From: Octopus vulgaris | Taxonomy: Eukaryota | Assembly (NCBI GenBank): GCA_951406725.2 | Contig: OX597815.1 | Location: 13,392,001-13,456,000, forward strand | Direction of reading: 5' to 3' | Length of the DNA: 64,000 nt | Shown: positions 44,288 to 55,160 of the stretch, one piece after another | How the letters are laid out: every line of letters starts with the position of its first letter | How positions within the stretch are numbered: position 1 is the first letter of the stretch | Translations under genes and position numbers: made by a program | Notes under the pieces: model-generated | The model's database searches: none | What the model was told of the DNA's origin: nothing | Seen by the model: only the letters and a program-made list of their open reading frames with translations

Positions 44288-44700
44288 ATTAAATAATTAA
44301 ATAAAATACAATGTATATATATACAAAATAAGAAAATGGAGAAACACATCTTAATCAATGATCAACTACCAGATAATATCAGATAATTAAACCACTACGT
44401 AGGGGTTTAATAAATTATGTGATTGGGTATTATCTGGTAGTTGATCATTGATTAAGATGTGTTTCTACATTTTCTTATTTTGTATTATTTATTTGTGGTA
44501 AAACACCTTTACCTTTGCCCATATTATACAGTAAATGAATTAATTGCATCGCAATTCTTAACATTTATATATTACTTTGTTGGGTACTTCACTAGCAGTA
44601 TATTGGATATATGTTATCCCATGGAGGGTTGCACTCACAACCCCTATCTCAATTTGTATATATATATATATATACATTGTATTTTATTTAATTATTTAAT
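44288..44700. repeat. Nested inverted repeats
   Basis: Inner arms 44322-44378 and 44428-44484; outer arms about 44288-44328 and 44652-44700. Confidence 0.75.
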
Positions 44701-45640
44701 TTTGTTATTCAATATCTGATATAATTATTATGAAGTTTATGTAAGATGCATTGAGTAAATTGAAAAATTTTCTCTTCAAACATGTTTTCTAATGGTACTC
44801 TCTTTTCAAAATATTGGAGTTGAATTATAGATTCAAACAGGAAATAACGTTAACTTTACTCCTTCCATGTTGATCGTTGTAATTATAAACGAACAACAGA
44901 GTGTAAAGTCTTATACAATCTTACTCAGGTTGATATGTTCATTTCCCCTTCTTAAGGGCAATCCCCCACCATGACGCTTTTTCATTAACAGGGGAAAGAC
45001 TAAATTCATGAAGTTACATAGACACTATACTTAATTTTATTTAATTATATTACTGTACTTGTAAGAGTATATTTACAAATATTGGTTTGAAATATTAGCA
45101 AAAGGCCAGACATTTCGTTGAAGGGAACAAGTCGATTATATTGATAACAGTACTCAATTGGTAGTTATTTTATCGACCCCGAAAGATTGATCCACAAAGT
45201 CAAACTTGTCAGAATTGGAACTATCTCTTTCTCTCTCGGTTTCTCTCTCTTTCTATCTTTCTTTGTATCATTCGACATTTTGAGTCACTTCCCTTGGCGT
45301 TAAGCAAAAGTTACGTAGGTACTGTTGCATTAGTATATCCTACATATTATCGGTCCATTATCAATTAGGAAATGTGATTATCTGAATATAATTCTATTAT
45401 AAATAAACAGTATAGGAATTGAGTCAATTTTGATTGAATTTAGAACTGAAATTATCTTAATTGACTTTAAGCTGTTTTTCAGAATGGTATCATATTCGTT
45501 GGGGGCTCATACAATTGAGAAAACAATTATTCTGGTAGACACAATACATACATACATATATCTTGTAATCTATTTAAAATTTATCAGTGATACAAACTTA
45601 TTGCTATTCTTTATGAAACTCTCTTTCAAAATATAGTTTA

Positions 45641-46034
45641 CTAGCAGTATCGCCCGGCGTTGCTCGGGTTTGTAAGGGAAATAACTATATAAGCATTTTT
45701 AGAGAGTTATAGCCAAAAAATGGCAAACAAATGCATTAAAAATGGGAAAAAAATGATGGTAATTTTTTTTAAAATTGTTGACTCATCGTAGACATTTTAG
45801 AGAGTTACTTCCCTTATATAATCGCGAAAAAAATTAAAATGGAAAAAAATGATGGTAATTTTTTTTTTTAAATCGTAGACTCATCGTAGACGCACGCTAA
45901 TACCCAGAAGGGCTCGATATGAATCACGACTATAAGATACCCGGTTTTTGGTTAAACTGCACCGCAAAATTTGGGAGTAGTTAGGAATCTAAATCGCGGA
46001 GCCAGACACACAACCTCTCTTTTATATATAAAGA
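45641..46034 (-). mobile_element. Non-autonomous Helitron
   Basis: Minus strand A|TCTTTATATATAAA...CCCGAGCAACGCCGGG hairpin..CTAG|T; no TSD. Confidence 0.85.
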
Positions 46035-46939
46035 TTATGATATTAAACAGCTCAAGAGCACAAGAACTAATTCGGACTTCATATCTTCCGTGTATTACAA
46101 AAGTGGGTGCAGGAAAAGATGTTCTTCTTTCTACCTTGAAAACAACCAGATAATACAAAAGGAAAAATATGAATAAAATGTTTTTAGATATCTGATAAAG
46201 CTTAGCATTACCAAACGAGGAACAGTAACCAAACATATATAAGAAGAATTATTTCTGTACAGCCATCCTATAGTTTGAATGGTGCGTTCACTTCAGAAGC
46301 GCTAGAGCTGACTTAAAAGGTGAATGAAAACTTTAAATGAATATTCCTCGGTTTAAATGAATATTCCTATTAATGAAAATGTTGTTTCTTGCATCGGAAA
46401 TTCGTGGGCGCCTTAAATTCATAGGATTTGATCTCATTAACAAAGCGGCAGGATTTGAAATTTGTGGTGATATATATCAAAAATATACTAACATACATAT
46501 ATCTAACATATATCTATCGGCAAGGAATAATCCCCGATTTCTTTTTAAAATCGATATCTTAATTATTGGGCTTTGAGCATAATGGATTTGTTTTATTTTA
46601 TTTCTTAAGGCTGGCCGGGTGTAGTTGATGAGTGGTAGCATTACTTGTCATCTATATCCAGTTTTTGTTTTGTATGCAAATGCAATTTTCATTTTAAGCA
46701 TCGTGACCTCCATTTATACACTGACCGACAACAAACTGTACGATTTATTCCCTCAACAAATGAGAGTAAATATTCAGTCGAAACAATTGTAGGATACAAT
46801 GCTAACTGAATATTTGGTGACACATGATATTTGAGATTGATGGTATAAACATATATGCGTTCGTCGAAACAAAATCATACGTGGAAATATGTATCAGATT
46901 AATTATATACTTCCATAAGTACACACACAGACGCACATA

Positions 46940-47013
<74 letters not shown>

Positions 47014-47127
47014 TCCTTTTATTATTAATTAAGAAATTTTAGGGTAGCAAAAAGAATTCTAGAAAAATTCTCCGCTACCAGCGGTCACGTGAGATAGTAA
47101 AAGTAGTCAATAGACTATGTAATATAC

Positions 47128-47468
47128 ATTCAAACATATAAGAGATGGCAATAATAGGACATCTGACTCACTTGAAAGAGCAGTTAAACTCCAAACCACT
47201 AATAGTCGTAATTCTGAAATGGAAGGACAAATAAAAACGTTTACCCTTTCCTTTCTGGACTATGCATAGTTTCAGCAATCTTTCGTTAATAAAATAAAAT
47301 TTTATTTTATTTACAAAAGATTGCCGAAACTATGCATAGTCCAGAAAGGAAAGGGTAAACGTTTTTATTTCTCCTTCCATTTCAGAATTACGACTATTAG
47401 TGGTTTGGAGTTTAACTGCTCTTTCTAGTGCGTCAGATCTCCTATTAAGGCCATCTCTTATATGTTTG

Positions 47469-47471
<3 letters not shown>
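47128..47471. repeat. Loopless ~344-bp palindrome (family G) carrying the 3' half of an HHR
   Basis: Axis at about 47299/47300; right arm has GAAAC-TATGCATA-GTC at about 47326-47341. Confidence 0.85.
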
Positions 47472-47529
<58 letters not shown>

Positions 47530-47534
<5 letters not shown>

Positions 47535-47728
47535 ACTGTGACCGCGTGTATACCGTTGGATCTTTCTTTGGATCTTTCCTTTTCCTATATTTCTGACGAA
47601 GAGCTCCGCTCGAAACATTAGACCCTCCTTCTTCTCTTCCTTTCTGAGCGTCCAATAATACTATATATGTTCCACGTCCTCGCGTTGTTGTGTTTTCTCT
47701 TTGTGTTTTCATGTTTGGATTAAACTTT
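47530..47728 (+). mobile_element. Family A element (HHR at 47589-47623)
   Basis: CTGACGAAGAGCTCCGCTCGAAAC; (TA)n on both sides. Confidence 0.8.
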
Positions 47729-47739
47729 ATATATATATA

Positions 47740-48220
47740 TATAACATAAGGAGGATCAGCCATCTGAATGTGGCTAGGGTCAGGGCGGGATGATGGGGGT
47801 GTTACTGATGCATTTAGCCCCAGGCGAACATCAACGTCACCAGAATAGCTGACACCATCTCGGTGTCCTTGCCAGCTTGCAAAGGGAGATCAGCCTCCCA
47901 GAAGATACGGATACTACACGCGGACCGGTTTCGAGGTTATTGCCTCTTGTCAACGTATGGTAAGCACCGCTCTTCGTTGAGGGACTCTCTCTACAGGCTG
48001 GATATATAGATTTGAGTCAATAACCTCGAAACCGGTCCGTGTGTAGTATCCGTATCTTCGGGAAGGCTGATCTCCCTTTGCAAGCTGGCAAGGACACCGA
48101 GATGGTGTCAGCTATTCTGGTGACGTTGATGTTCGCCTGGGGCTAAATGCATCAGTAACACCCCCATCATCCCGCCCTGACCCTAGCCACATTCAGATGG
48201 CTGATCCTCCTTATGTTATA
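47740..48220. mobile_element. Family F fold-back element (~203-bp arms, ~75-nt loop)
   Basis: 47740-47942 is a near-perfect reverse complement of 48018-48220. Confidence 0.9.
47918..47958 (-). ncRNA. Hammerhead ribozyme (U3-A8 core), family F
   Basis: ATACG-TTGACAA-GAGG caataa CCTC-GAAAC cg GTC-CGCGT on the minus strand; GUC triplet; one mismatch in stem I. Confidence 0.72.
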
Positions 48221-48370
48221 GAGCAGTTACTGTTTATATCTCGCTCAGAGATTTGTTATTGTTATATATATATATATAATATTAATTAGAGACAAAACCA
48301 CTATTTTGCAAAACAAACAAGGAAAGACTTAATCAATACATAAACATTTTTAATATAAAGAAATAAACCG

Positions 48371-48413
48371 CCACTACAATCGTTTCATGTCTTCAATGAC
48401 ATTCGTCAGGTGG
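48371..48413 (-). ncRNA. Antisense copy of the family D hammerhead (left arm of fold-back)
   Basis: Exact reverse complement of 48447-48489. Confidence 0.83.
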
Positions 48414-48446
48414 ATTTTCGATAAAACAGATTAGGAGATCGAAAAT

Positions 48447-48489
48447 CCACCTGACGAATGTCATTGAAGACATGAAACGATTGTAGTGG
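48447..48489 (+). ncRNA. Minimal type I hammerhead ribozyme (family D)
   Basis: CCAC-CTGACGA-ATGTC attgaa GACAT-GAAAC gatt GTA-GTGG; canonical core with a GUA cleavage triplet. Confidence 0.85.
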
Positions 48490-48668
48490 CGGTTTATTTC
48501 TTTATATTAAAATTTTTTATGTATTGATTAAGTCTTTCCTTGTTTGTTTTGCAAAATAGTGGTTTTGTCTCGAATTAATATTATATAATATTTTACTATA
48601 AAATTGGATTTAATCCTAAATCTGATTTTTTCCCTGTAAATTTGGATTTATTCCCTAATATTTATTAT

Positions 48669-48730
<62 letters not shown>

Positions 48731-48732
<2 letters not shown>

Positions 48733-50626
48733 CGGACAAAGAAGCGGACAAAGGGAGTGCTGTGGTCCTTATGGACACGGAATTTTATAAACACCTTGTG
48801 TTTTCCATGCTTAACAATAACATTTTCTATGAGGTTAATAACAACTACAAACAGCAAAAAACAATCAGAAACCTCACCACACTCATACGCCAACACGGTC
48901 AGGGACTCACAGAAAAAGAAAGGGATTATATCACCATTTTCAAATGCAAGCCCAGCCTCTTTTATGGCCTCCCTAAAATCCATAAAAACAAATACATCAC
49001 CGAAGCCTGCAAATTCTCCACTGACATCCCCATCAACATCAAAGCACCGGAGGACCTAAAACTAAGGCCCATCGTGGCTGGTACCTCCTGTGAAACACAC
49101 CGCCTCAGTAACTTCCTAGACATCCTTTTGAAACCTTTCCTTACCCACATCAAAAGTTTCATTAGGGATGATCTGGACATGCTCAAACACCTCCCGAAAA
49201 CAGTTAACGAGGAGGCACTCCTGGTATCCTTTGATGTCATCAACCTCTACACCAACATCCCACATGAGTATGGTATAGAGGCAATTGACTTCTGGCTAGA
49301 AAAACACCCAGAGACATTCCCTGACCGCATCAACAAGTCTTTTATTACAGAATCTCTCAAGTTCATTCTGACAAACAATTTTTTCTCTTCGACGACACAC
49401 ACTACCGTCAAAAATGTGGTATTGCGATGGGTACCAAGGCTGCACCAGTCCTTGCGAACCTCATAATGGGTTACTTCGAACTGTCACTCTATGAAATATC
49501 AAGCCAGAAATTTGGACATGTTTTCCACACCTACCTAATGGAAAACTGGAAAAGGTATTTAAATGATTGTTTCATCATATGGAAAGAACCTTATGAAAAA
49601 CTCCTGGAATTCAAAACCATACTAAACAACATACATCCCAACATCCAATTCACTATGGAATTAAGCAAACATCATCTCCCATTCCTTGATCTCCTAATTA
49701 TAAAAACACCTAAGAACCAAATCATAACAGAAATCTACCACAAACCTACAGACTCACAACAATACCTCCTCTTTAGTTCATGCCACCCAAAACACACCAA
49801 GACAAATATCCCTTTCAATTTAGCTAAAAGGGTATGCACCATTGTCTCGGATACAAAAACACGAGAAATATGCCTTCAAGACCTCAAAAAAACACTACTC
49901 CAACGTCAATATCCCTCCACCCTTATAGAGTATGGAATAAAACGCGCCAAAGAACTAGATAACACTACACTGAAAACCACCCAACCTAACACCACACACA
50001 ACCTCAAAATACTTCCATACATTTCCACCCACAACCCCAAAAATATCGAAGCATACACCACAATCATACAAAACCTCAGTCTACTGTCAACAGACCCAAA
50101 AATGAAAAACATTATAAATACACACAAAATCCTCAAATGTAAAAGGCAACACAAATCTTTAAAAAAACTCTTGACACATGCCAAACTTCACACACCACAT
50201 CCACCCCCAGCAGTAAAAAAATGTGCACGCTCAAACTGTGGTACCTGCCCCTTTCTACTTGAAGGCTCTGAATTTACCTTCAAACAAGGTACGAAGTTTA
50301 AAATCAAGACTAACTTCTCCTGCTCCTCCGAGAACCTTATCTACGTTCTCACATGCGCTGGTTGCCAACATAATTATGTTGGACAAACGAGTCTCCCGTT
50401 ACGTAAACGAGTAACGGTGCATAAAGAACAAATAAATCTCCCGGAATACCGACAAATTCCACTGAGTGACCACTTAGACTCATGTGCTAAAGACTTAAAC
50501 CCCAAATTCTATATATTCCCCTTCTACCAATGTAAAGACGGGATCACCACACGGGAGAGAATTAACAAGGAGAATCTCTTTATTGAAAAATTCCAAACAC
50601 AACTTAATATGCAAACTCCTCGTTGA
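48731..50626 (+). pseudogene. PLE reverse transcriptase + GIY-YIG endonuclease, disrupted
   Basis: Motifs ADKGSAVV, FYGLPKIHK, LRPIVAG, SFDVINLYTNIP, (GIA)MGTKAAP, PFLDL, YHKPT; Cys linker CARSNCGTC; NLIYVLTCAGC..YVGQT..LRKR..H. Frameshift at a T-run near 49380 joins ORFs 48642..49466 and 49427..50626. Catalytic YxDD reads YLND. Confidence 0.93.
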
Positions 50627-51239
50627 TCAAACTTCCTTTTTCTACCTCACTCTTCATGGATGGACTAACACAAATATATAAAGATACCATGCATTCATCA
50701 CTTCAAGCTAAAACTTATATTCTTTAAATATCATTTTTACTATTGTTGTTATTACTATCATTTTTATTATAAATGATATGACAATCTGAAATGCAATCGT
50801 CTATGCAGATTTATATAATTAGAAAATAATATAAATAAAATGTTAAAATCTGAAAGTTAAGTTAACAAACAATTATATAATAAAGATAACGCAAATGAAG
50901 CTAAAATGATAATTCTATAATTTGGGTTTTACCTCAAAAGAGTTGTCTCCCCTTACTCACAACACAGGAACTGAAGAACCACAATTACTACTACTTCCTG
51001 TTCTGCCAACATTCTGAATTAAACCAAACAACACATGCTCTTAATCCCATTGGATCCTAATACCTCAAGGTAATTTTTTCGTGAACAATCATCAAACTCA
51101 AGATACACAACGAACTCACAATGTATCGGAGTACTTATTTTTTAATTTTTGTACATTCTTATTATTATTCTTTTGTAAAAAACAATGCAATTTTCTCTTT
51201 TTCCCCTTTCTAATTTTTAAAAACACTTTTTAACATAAA

Positions 51240-51280
51240 TATTCTTGACAAGTCATACAATGACGAAAACCGGTTGAATA
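51240..51280 (+). ncRNA. Minimal type I hammerhead ribozyme (U3-A8 core) at PLE 3' end
   Basis: TATTC-TTGACAA-GTCA tacaa TGAC-GAAA-ACCGGTT-GAATA: stem I TATTC/GAATA, stem II GTCA/TGAC, palindromic stem III. Confidence 0.75.
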
Positions 51281-51370
51281 AATATATATTTATATATTTT
51301 ATCAATTTCTCATTTTATTAAAATTTTCTTTCATTTGAGCATTCTGCATTTAAAAAAAACTTTTTCCTTG

Positions 51371-51431
<61 letters not shown>

Positions 51432-52227
51432 CTGTATGTATACATATATATATATATGTGTGTGTGTGTGTTTGTGTGTGTACGTATGCACGTATGTATA
51501 TATTGTGTGTGTATGTGTATGTGTGTGTGTTTGTGTGAGCATACGAATATTAATGTTTATAAAGAGTCCTATCTTCTGGACACGTATAAATATTTTCATG
51601 GGATATACACTGATGAATTATTAGGACAAACTAGGGCATTGCCATCCGTCGAAACGAGATCAGTTGCAAAGAGTTACTGATTCCATACTAGATTGTATCG
51701 CAAGGAATTTCAGTGGATGATGAAGTTGATTATATAACTTTGAGAAGACATTTATTGCATTTAAGGATCGCGTACCGAAATTTATTGCTTAATAGGTGGA
51801 CACATTGATGCAAACGTGCGCTTGGTATAAGTGATTAAAACTATCAGAAGTCCAATAATTCATAAAATCAAACAATTAACCAATTTTAATTTATGTAGTT
51901 GAGGCATTTCTGTTATTAATTTGATTAATATTATTAATTAAACATTATTATTTTTTTTAATTCACTCACTTCGATGTTATAGCATTTAAAACGGCGGCAC
52001 CTACATCTTTCTTTCTAAGATATACTAGTCGTTGACAAAAGTTATGTATGTACCAGTGAATTTGCGCAGGAGTTGCTGTGTGGTAAGTAGCTTGCTAACC
52101 AACCACATGGTTCCGGGTTCAGTCCCACTGCGGGGCATCTTGGGCAAGTGTCTTCTGCTATGGCCCCGGGTCGACCAATGCCTTGTGAGTGGATTTGGTA
52201 GACGGAAACTGAAAGAAGCCTGTTGTA

Positions 52228-52292
<65 letters not shown>

Positions 52293-52346
52293 GGAGCTTC
52301 TACAGGACTAGAACTGTTTCATTCAAGAGAAATCTTCAGGAAGCTC
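52293..52346 (-). ncRNA. Hammerhead ribozyme, family E
   Basis: GAGCTTC-CTGAAGA-tTTC tctt GAAt-GAAACAG ttctagtc CTGTA-GAAGCTC; 7-bp stem I, 4-bp stem III. Confidence 0.75.
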
Positions 52347-52347
52347 A

Positions 52348-52401
52348 GGAGCTTCCTGAAGATTTCTCTTGAATGAAACAGTTCTAGTCCTGTAGAACTC
52401 C
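52348..52401 (+). ncRNA. Hammerhead ribozyme, family E (opposite arm)
   Basis: Mirror copy with a 1-nt deletion in the 3' strand of stem I. Confidence 0.68.
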
Positions 52402-52882
52402 TTCTATATAATAAATTAATTTTACTCTGCTATGTATTGAGTACCTTATTTACTGTGGTTAACCCCGAATCAACCCGGGACCTACATATATATATATATA
52501 TATATATACGTGTCTGTGTTTGTGTGTCAGTGTGTGTCCCCCTAGCATTGCTTGACAACCGATGCTGGTGTGTTTACGTCCCCGTCACCTAGCGGTTCGG
52601 CAAAAGAGACCGATAGAATAAGTACTGGGCTTACAAAGAATAAGTCCCGGGGTCGATTTGCTCGACTAAAAGCGGTGCTCCAGCATGGCCGCAAGTCAAA
52701 TGACTGAAACAAGAAAAAGAGTAAAGAGTAAAAGAGTAAAGAGTATGGACATACAAATGAATACGAGATCATTACTCTTCTCTAAAGAATAGATGAGTCA
52801 AAGAATGCACAAATTTAAGCCTGGGTTTTCTAGAAATATGTGAAGTAATACATCTTTTACAGTTACATATCATAATAAACAT

Positions 52883-53086
52883 ACTCTTTTACTTGTTTCA
52901 GTCATTTGACTGCGGCCATGCTGGAGCACTGCCTTTAATCGAGCAACTCTTCCCCGGGACTTATTCTTTCGTAAGCCCAGTACTTATTCTATCGGTCTCT
53001 TTTTGCTGAACCGCTAAGTGACGGGGACGTAAACACACCAGCATCGGTTGTCAAGCAATGCTAGGGGGACAAACACAGACACACAA

Positions 53087-53161
<75 letters not shown>

Positions 53162-53328
53162 TACGACAGGCTTCTTTCAGTTTCCGTCTACCAAATCCTC
53201 TCACAAAGCATTGGTCGGCCCGGGGCTATAGCAGAAGACACTTGCCCAAGATGCCACGCAGTGGGACTGAACCCGGAACCATGTGGTTGGTTAGCAAGCT
53301 ACTTACCACACAGCAACTCCTGCGCCTA
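52883..53328 (-). mobile_element. SINE family 1
   Basis: Reverse-complement homology. Confidence 0.85.
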
Positions 53329-53404
53329 TATATTCTTTTTTTAATATTTCTGTTGTAACTATTTGTTTTCCTTTCTGTTAGCATTGACGTCACAGATTCA
53401 ATAT

Positions 53405-53730
53405 TTTTGCCAACTGAGTGGACTGGGGCAACGTGAAATGAAGTGTTTTGCTCAAGAACACAACGCGTCGCCCGGTCCAGGAATCGAAACCACAATCTTA
53501 CTATTATGATGCTGACACCCTAACTACTAAGCCACGCGCCTCCACATCGAATATTTCGAAATCCCAAAGAATTTAGCTTAGTAGTTGCTTAAGATCACAA
53601 CGCGTCGCTCGGTCCAGGAATCGAAACCACAATCTTACGATTATGATGCTGACATCCTAACCACTAAGCCACGCGCCTCCACATCGAATATTTCGAAATC
53701 CCAAAGAATTTAGCTTGGTAGTTGCTCAAG
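53405..53730 (-). mobile_element. SINE family 2-variant head, tandemly duplicated with its flank
   Basis: ~137-bp unit at about 53458-53593 and 53596-53730. Confidence 0.75.
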
Positions 53731-53759
53731 CGTGGGCAAAGCGCTTTGTCGATGACCTA

Positions 53760-54750
53760 GTTGAGATATACTTTGTTGTCATACAAACAAGATTAACTCC
53801 GTTTTTTGTTGGAATCAATGATACTTTTTGTAGCTTCATTTAATGTTGTTTGGAATGGATGACTATTCTTCAATAAAGCAGGGTTGAGTTTATTGGAACG
53901 CCCACATTTCTTCGGAATTTTTCTCTGATGACAGAAGTTTCAAACTTTGAGATATCAAGAGATTAATGACTGTTGGCTTCTTGTTTTGAGCAGAATAGTA
54001 ATTTTTATGCCTGTGATTTCAATACAACAGTCTCTCCAACTGTCATCAGCACCAGAAGCTTCTGCAATCATGAACGTATAATTACTTCTTTATTATTATC
54101 GGACGATACGTTATTCCACAAGATTCCAGTGTCTGGAATGTCGTTAAATGTGGGTGGCTCAAATCGATGACGAATCGGAGCAGAGTCTTGAATATAACAA
54201 TTAAAAAAAAGGAATATGTCGAACAGAGACCACAAAGGTGACATCCGTTTTGATTGCAGTTTGTAATATCTTCTTTTCCAATACCATCATCTCTTAGCTG
54301 CGAATTGTTTCTTATTCTTGTGTTGAAATCTCCTATGTAAAATAATTGTCTCGTGTTAAATCATTCAACATGATTGCCATTCACATGTAGGTAAACATTG
54401 TTCACACAAGATAGCTCGCTCTATAAAAGAGCTGCTCCTTATTCTGGTCTCATAGTGATGTTAATTTGAACGTGCCTTCATATATTTCACATTTCAGAGA
54501 TTACGTTAATAGATCCAGACTCACTTTTCTTAGTGTTTCGGTTACTTCAAGGGTGACACGTTGGATACTGATACCCACGAAGGTACTGAAAACTGGTTCA
54601 CATCTTCATCCTACATGTTTTGTGGTCCTTTTTCTTTTCTGAATGAGCAGCGGTATTCCAGAATAGGATTATCCAGACACATGTAGGACATGAAATTACC
54701 TGTAATCACTAGGTCTTAGGAAGTCAACCGTGATACATCTCATCCGAATG
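53760..54750 (-). mobile_element. Degraded RTE LINE AP-endonuclease region
   Basis: LFYIGDFNTRIRNN..GIGKE..NQNGCHLCGLC and SRHWNLVE resemble the GDFNARVG..NG..LL.LC..SKHWHLID pattern. Confidence 0.6.
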
Positions 54751-55160
54751 GGCAGAAACATGCTAGTTGCTTCAAGCAACACCAATGTTTAACCATCATC
54801 CTTATCTTATAAACATTGGGACATTTTAGTAAAAGGAAATATAATGTTCACAGGAATCTTAGCAGGAGGAAACGCCGCCAAGGTTTAGTCGTTGACGGTG
54901 GATTTCAGCTTACCAGGAAGTGGTAGTTTTGGAACAGTTGAAATGTAATTAAGATCAGCTCCTATGTTTGTCGACAATTGTTGCTTTAGGTTGAAGCGGT
55001 ATTTATCGTATTTAATCTGTATGATTTTCGTTTAACCTTACGTGGCCTATGAGCAATAGTCTTACCCCAGCATTGCTTAGAGTGTCACTAAGTTACGAAA
55101 ACTCTCCACACGACAACAAGCAACCTTCAAATGTAATAATATAAAAATATAGTTATTGTA

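Larger units (their letters stand above)
48274..48672. mobile_element. Family D fold-back element
   Basis: Inverted arms about 48274-48422 and 48438-48587 with a ~15-nt loop; the right arm continues to the (TA)n tract. Confidence 0.85.
48731..51371 (+). mobile_element. Penelope-like retroelement (Neptune-type), 5'-truncated, between (TA)n tracts
   Basis: RT and GIY-YIG coding region, then an AT-rich 3' UTR ending in an HHR (51240-51280); pure (TA)n on both sides (48673-48730 and 51372 onward). Confidence 0.92.
52289..52485. mobile_element. Family E fold-back element nested in the (TA)n tract of a SINE
   Basis: Palindrome about 52283-52410 plus a short unique tail; it interrupts the SINE at 52103-52745. 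Confidence 0.75.
52103..52745 (+). mobile_element. SINE family 1, interrupted by the family E element
   Basis: 5' half to about 52228; 3' half resumes at about 52508. Confidence 0.85.

Noticed and set aside
48642-48730. N-terminus of the 274-aa ORF
   Set aside because: It is read-through from the family D tail and (TA)n; PLE homology starts at about 48731.
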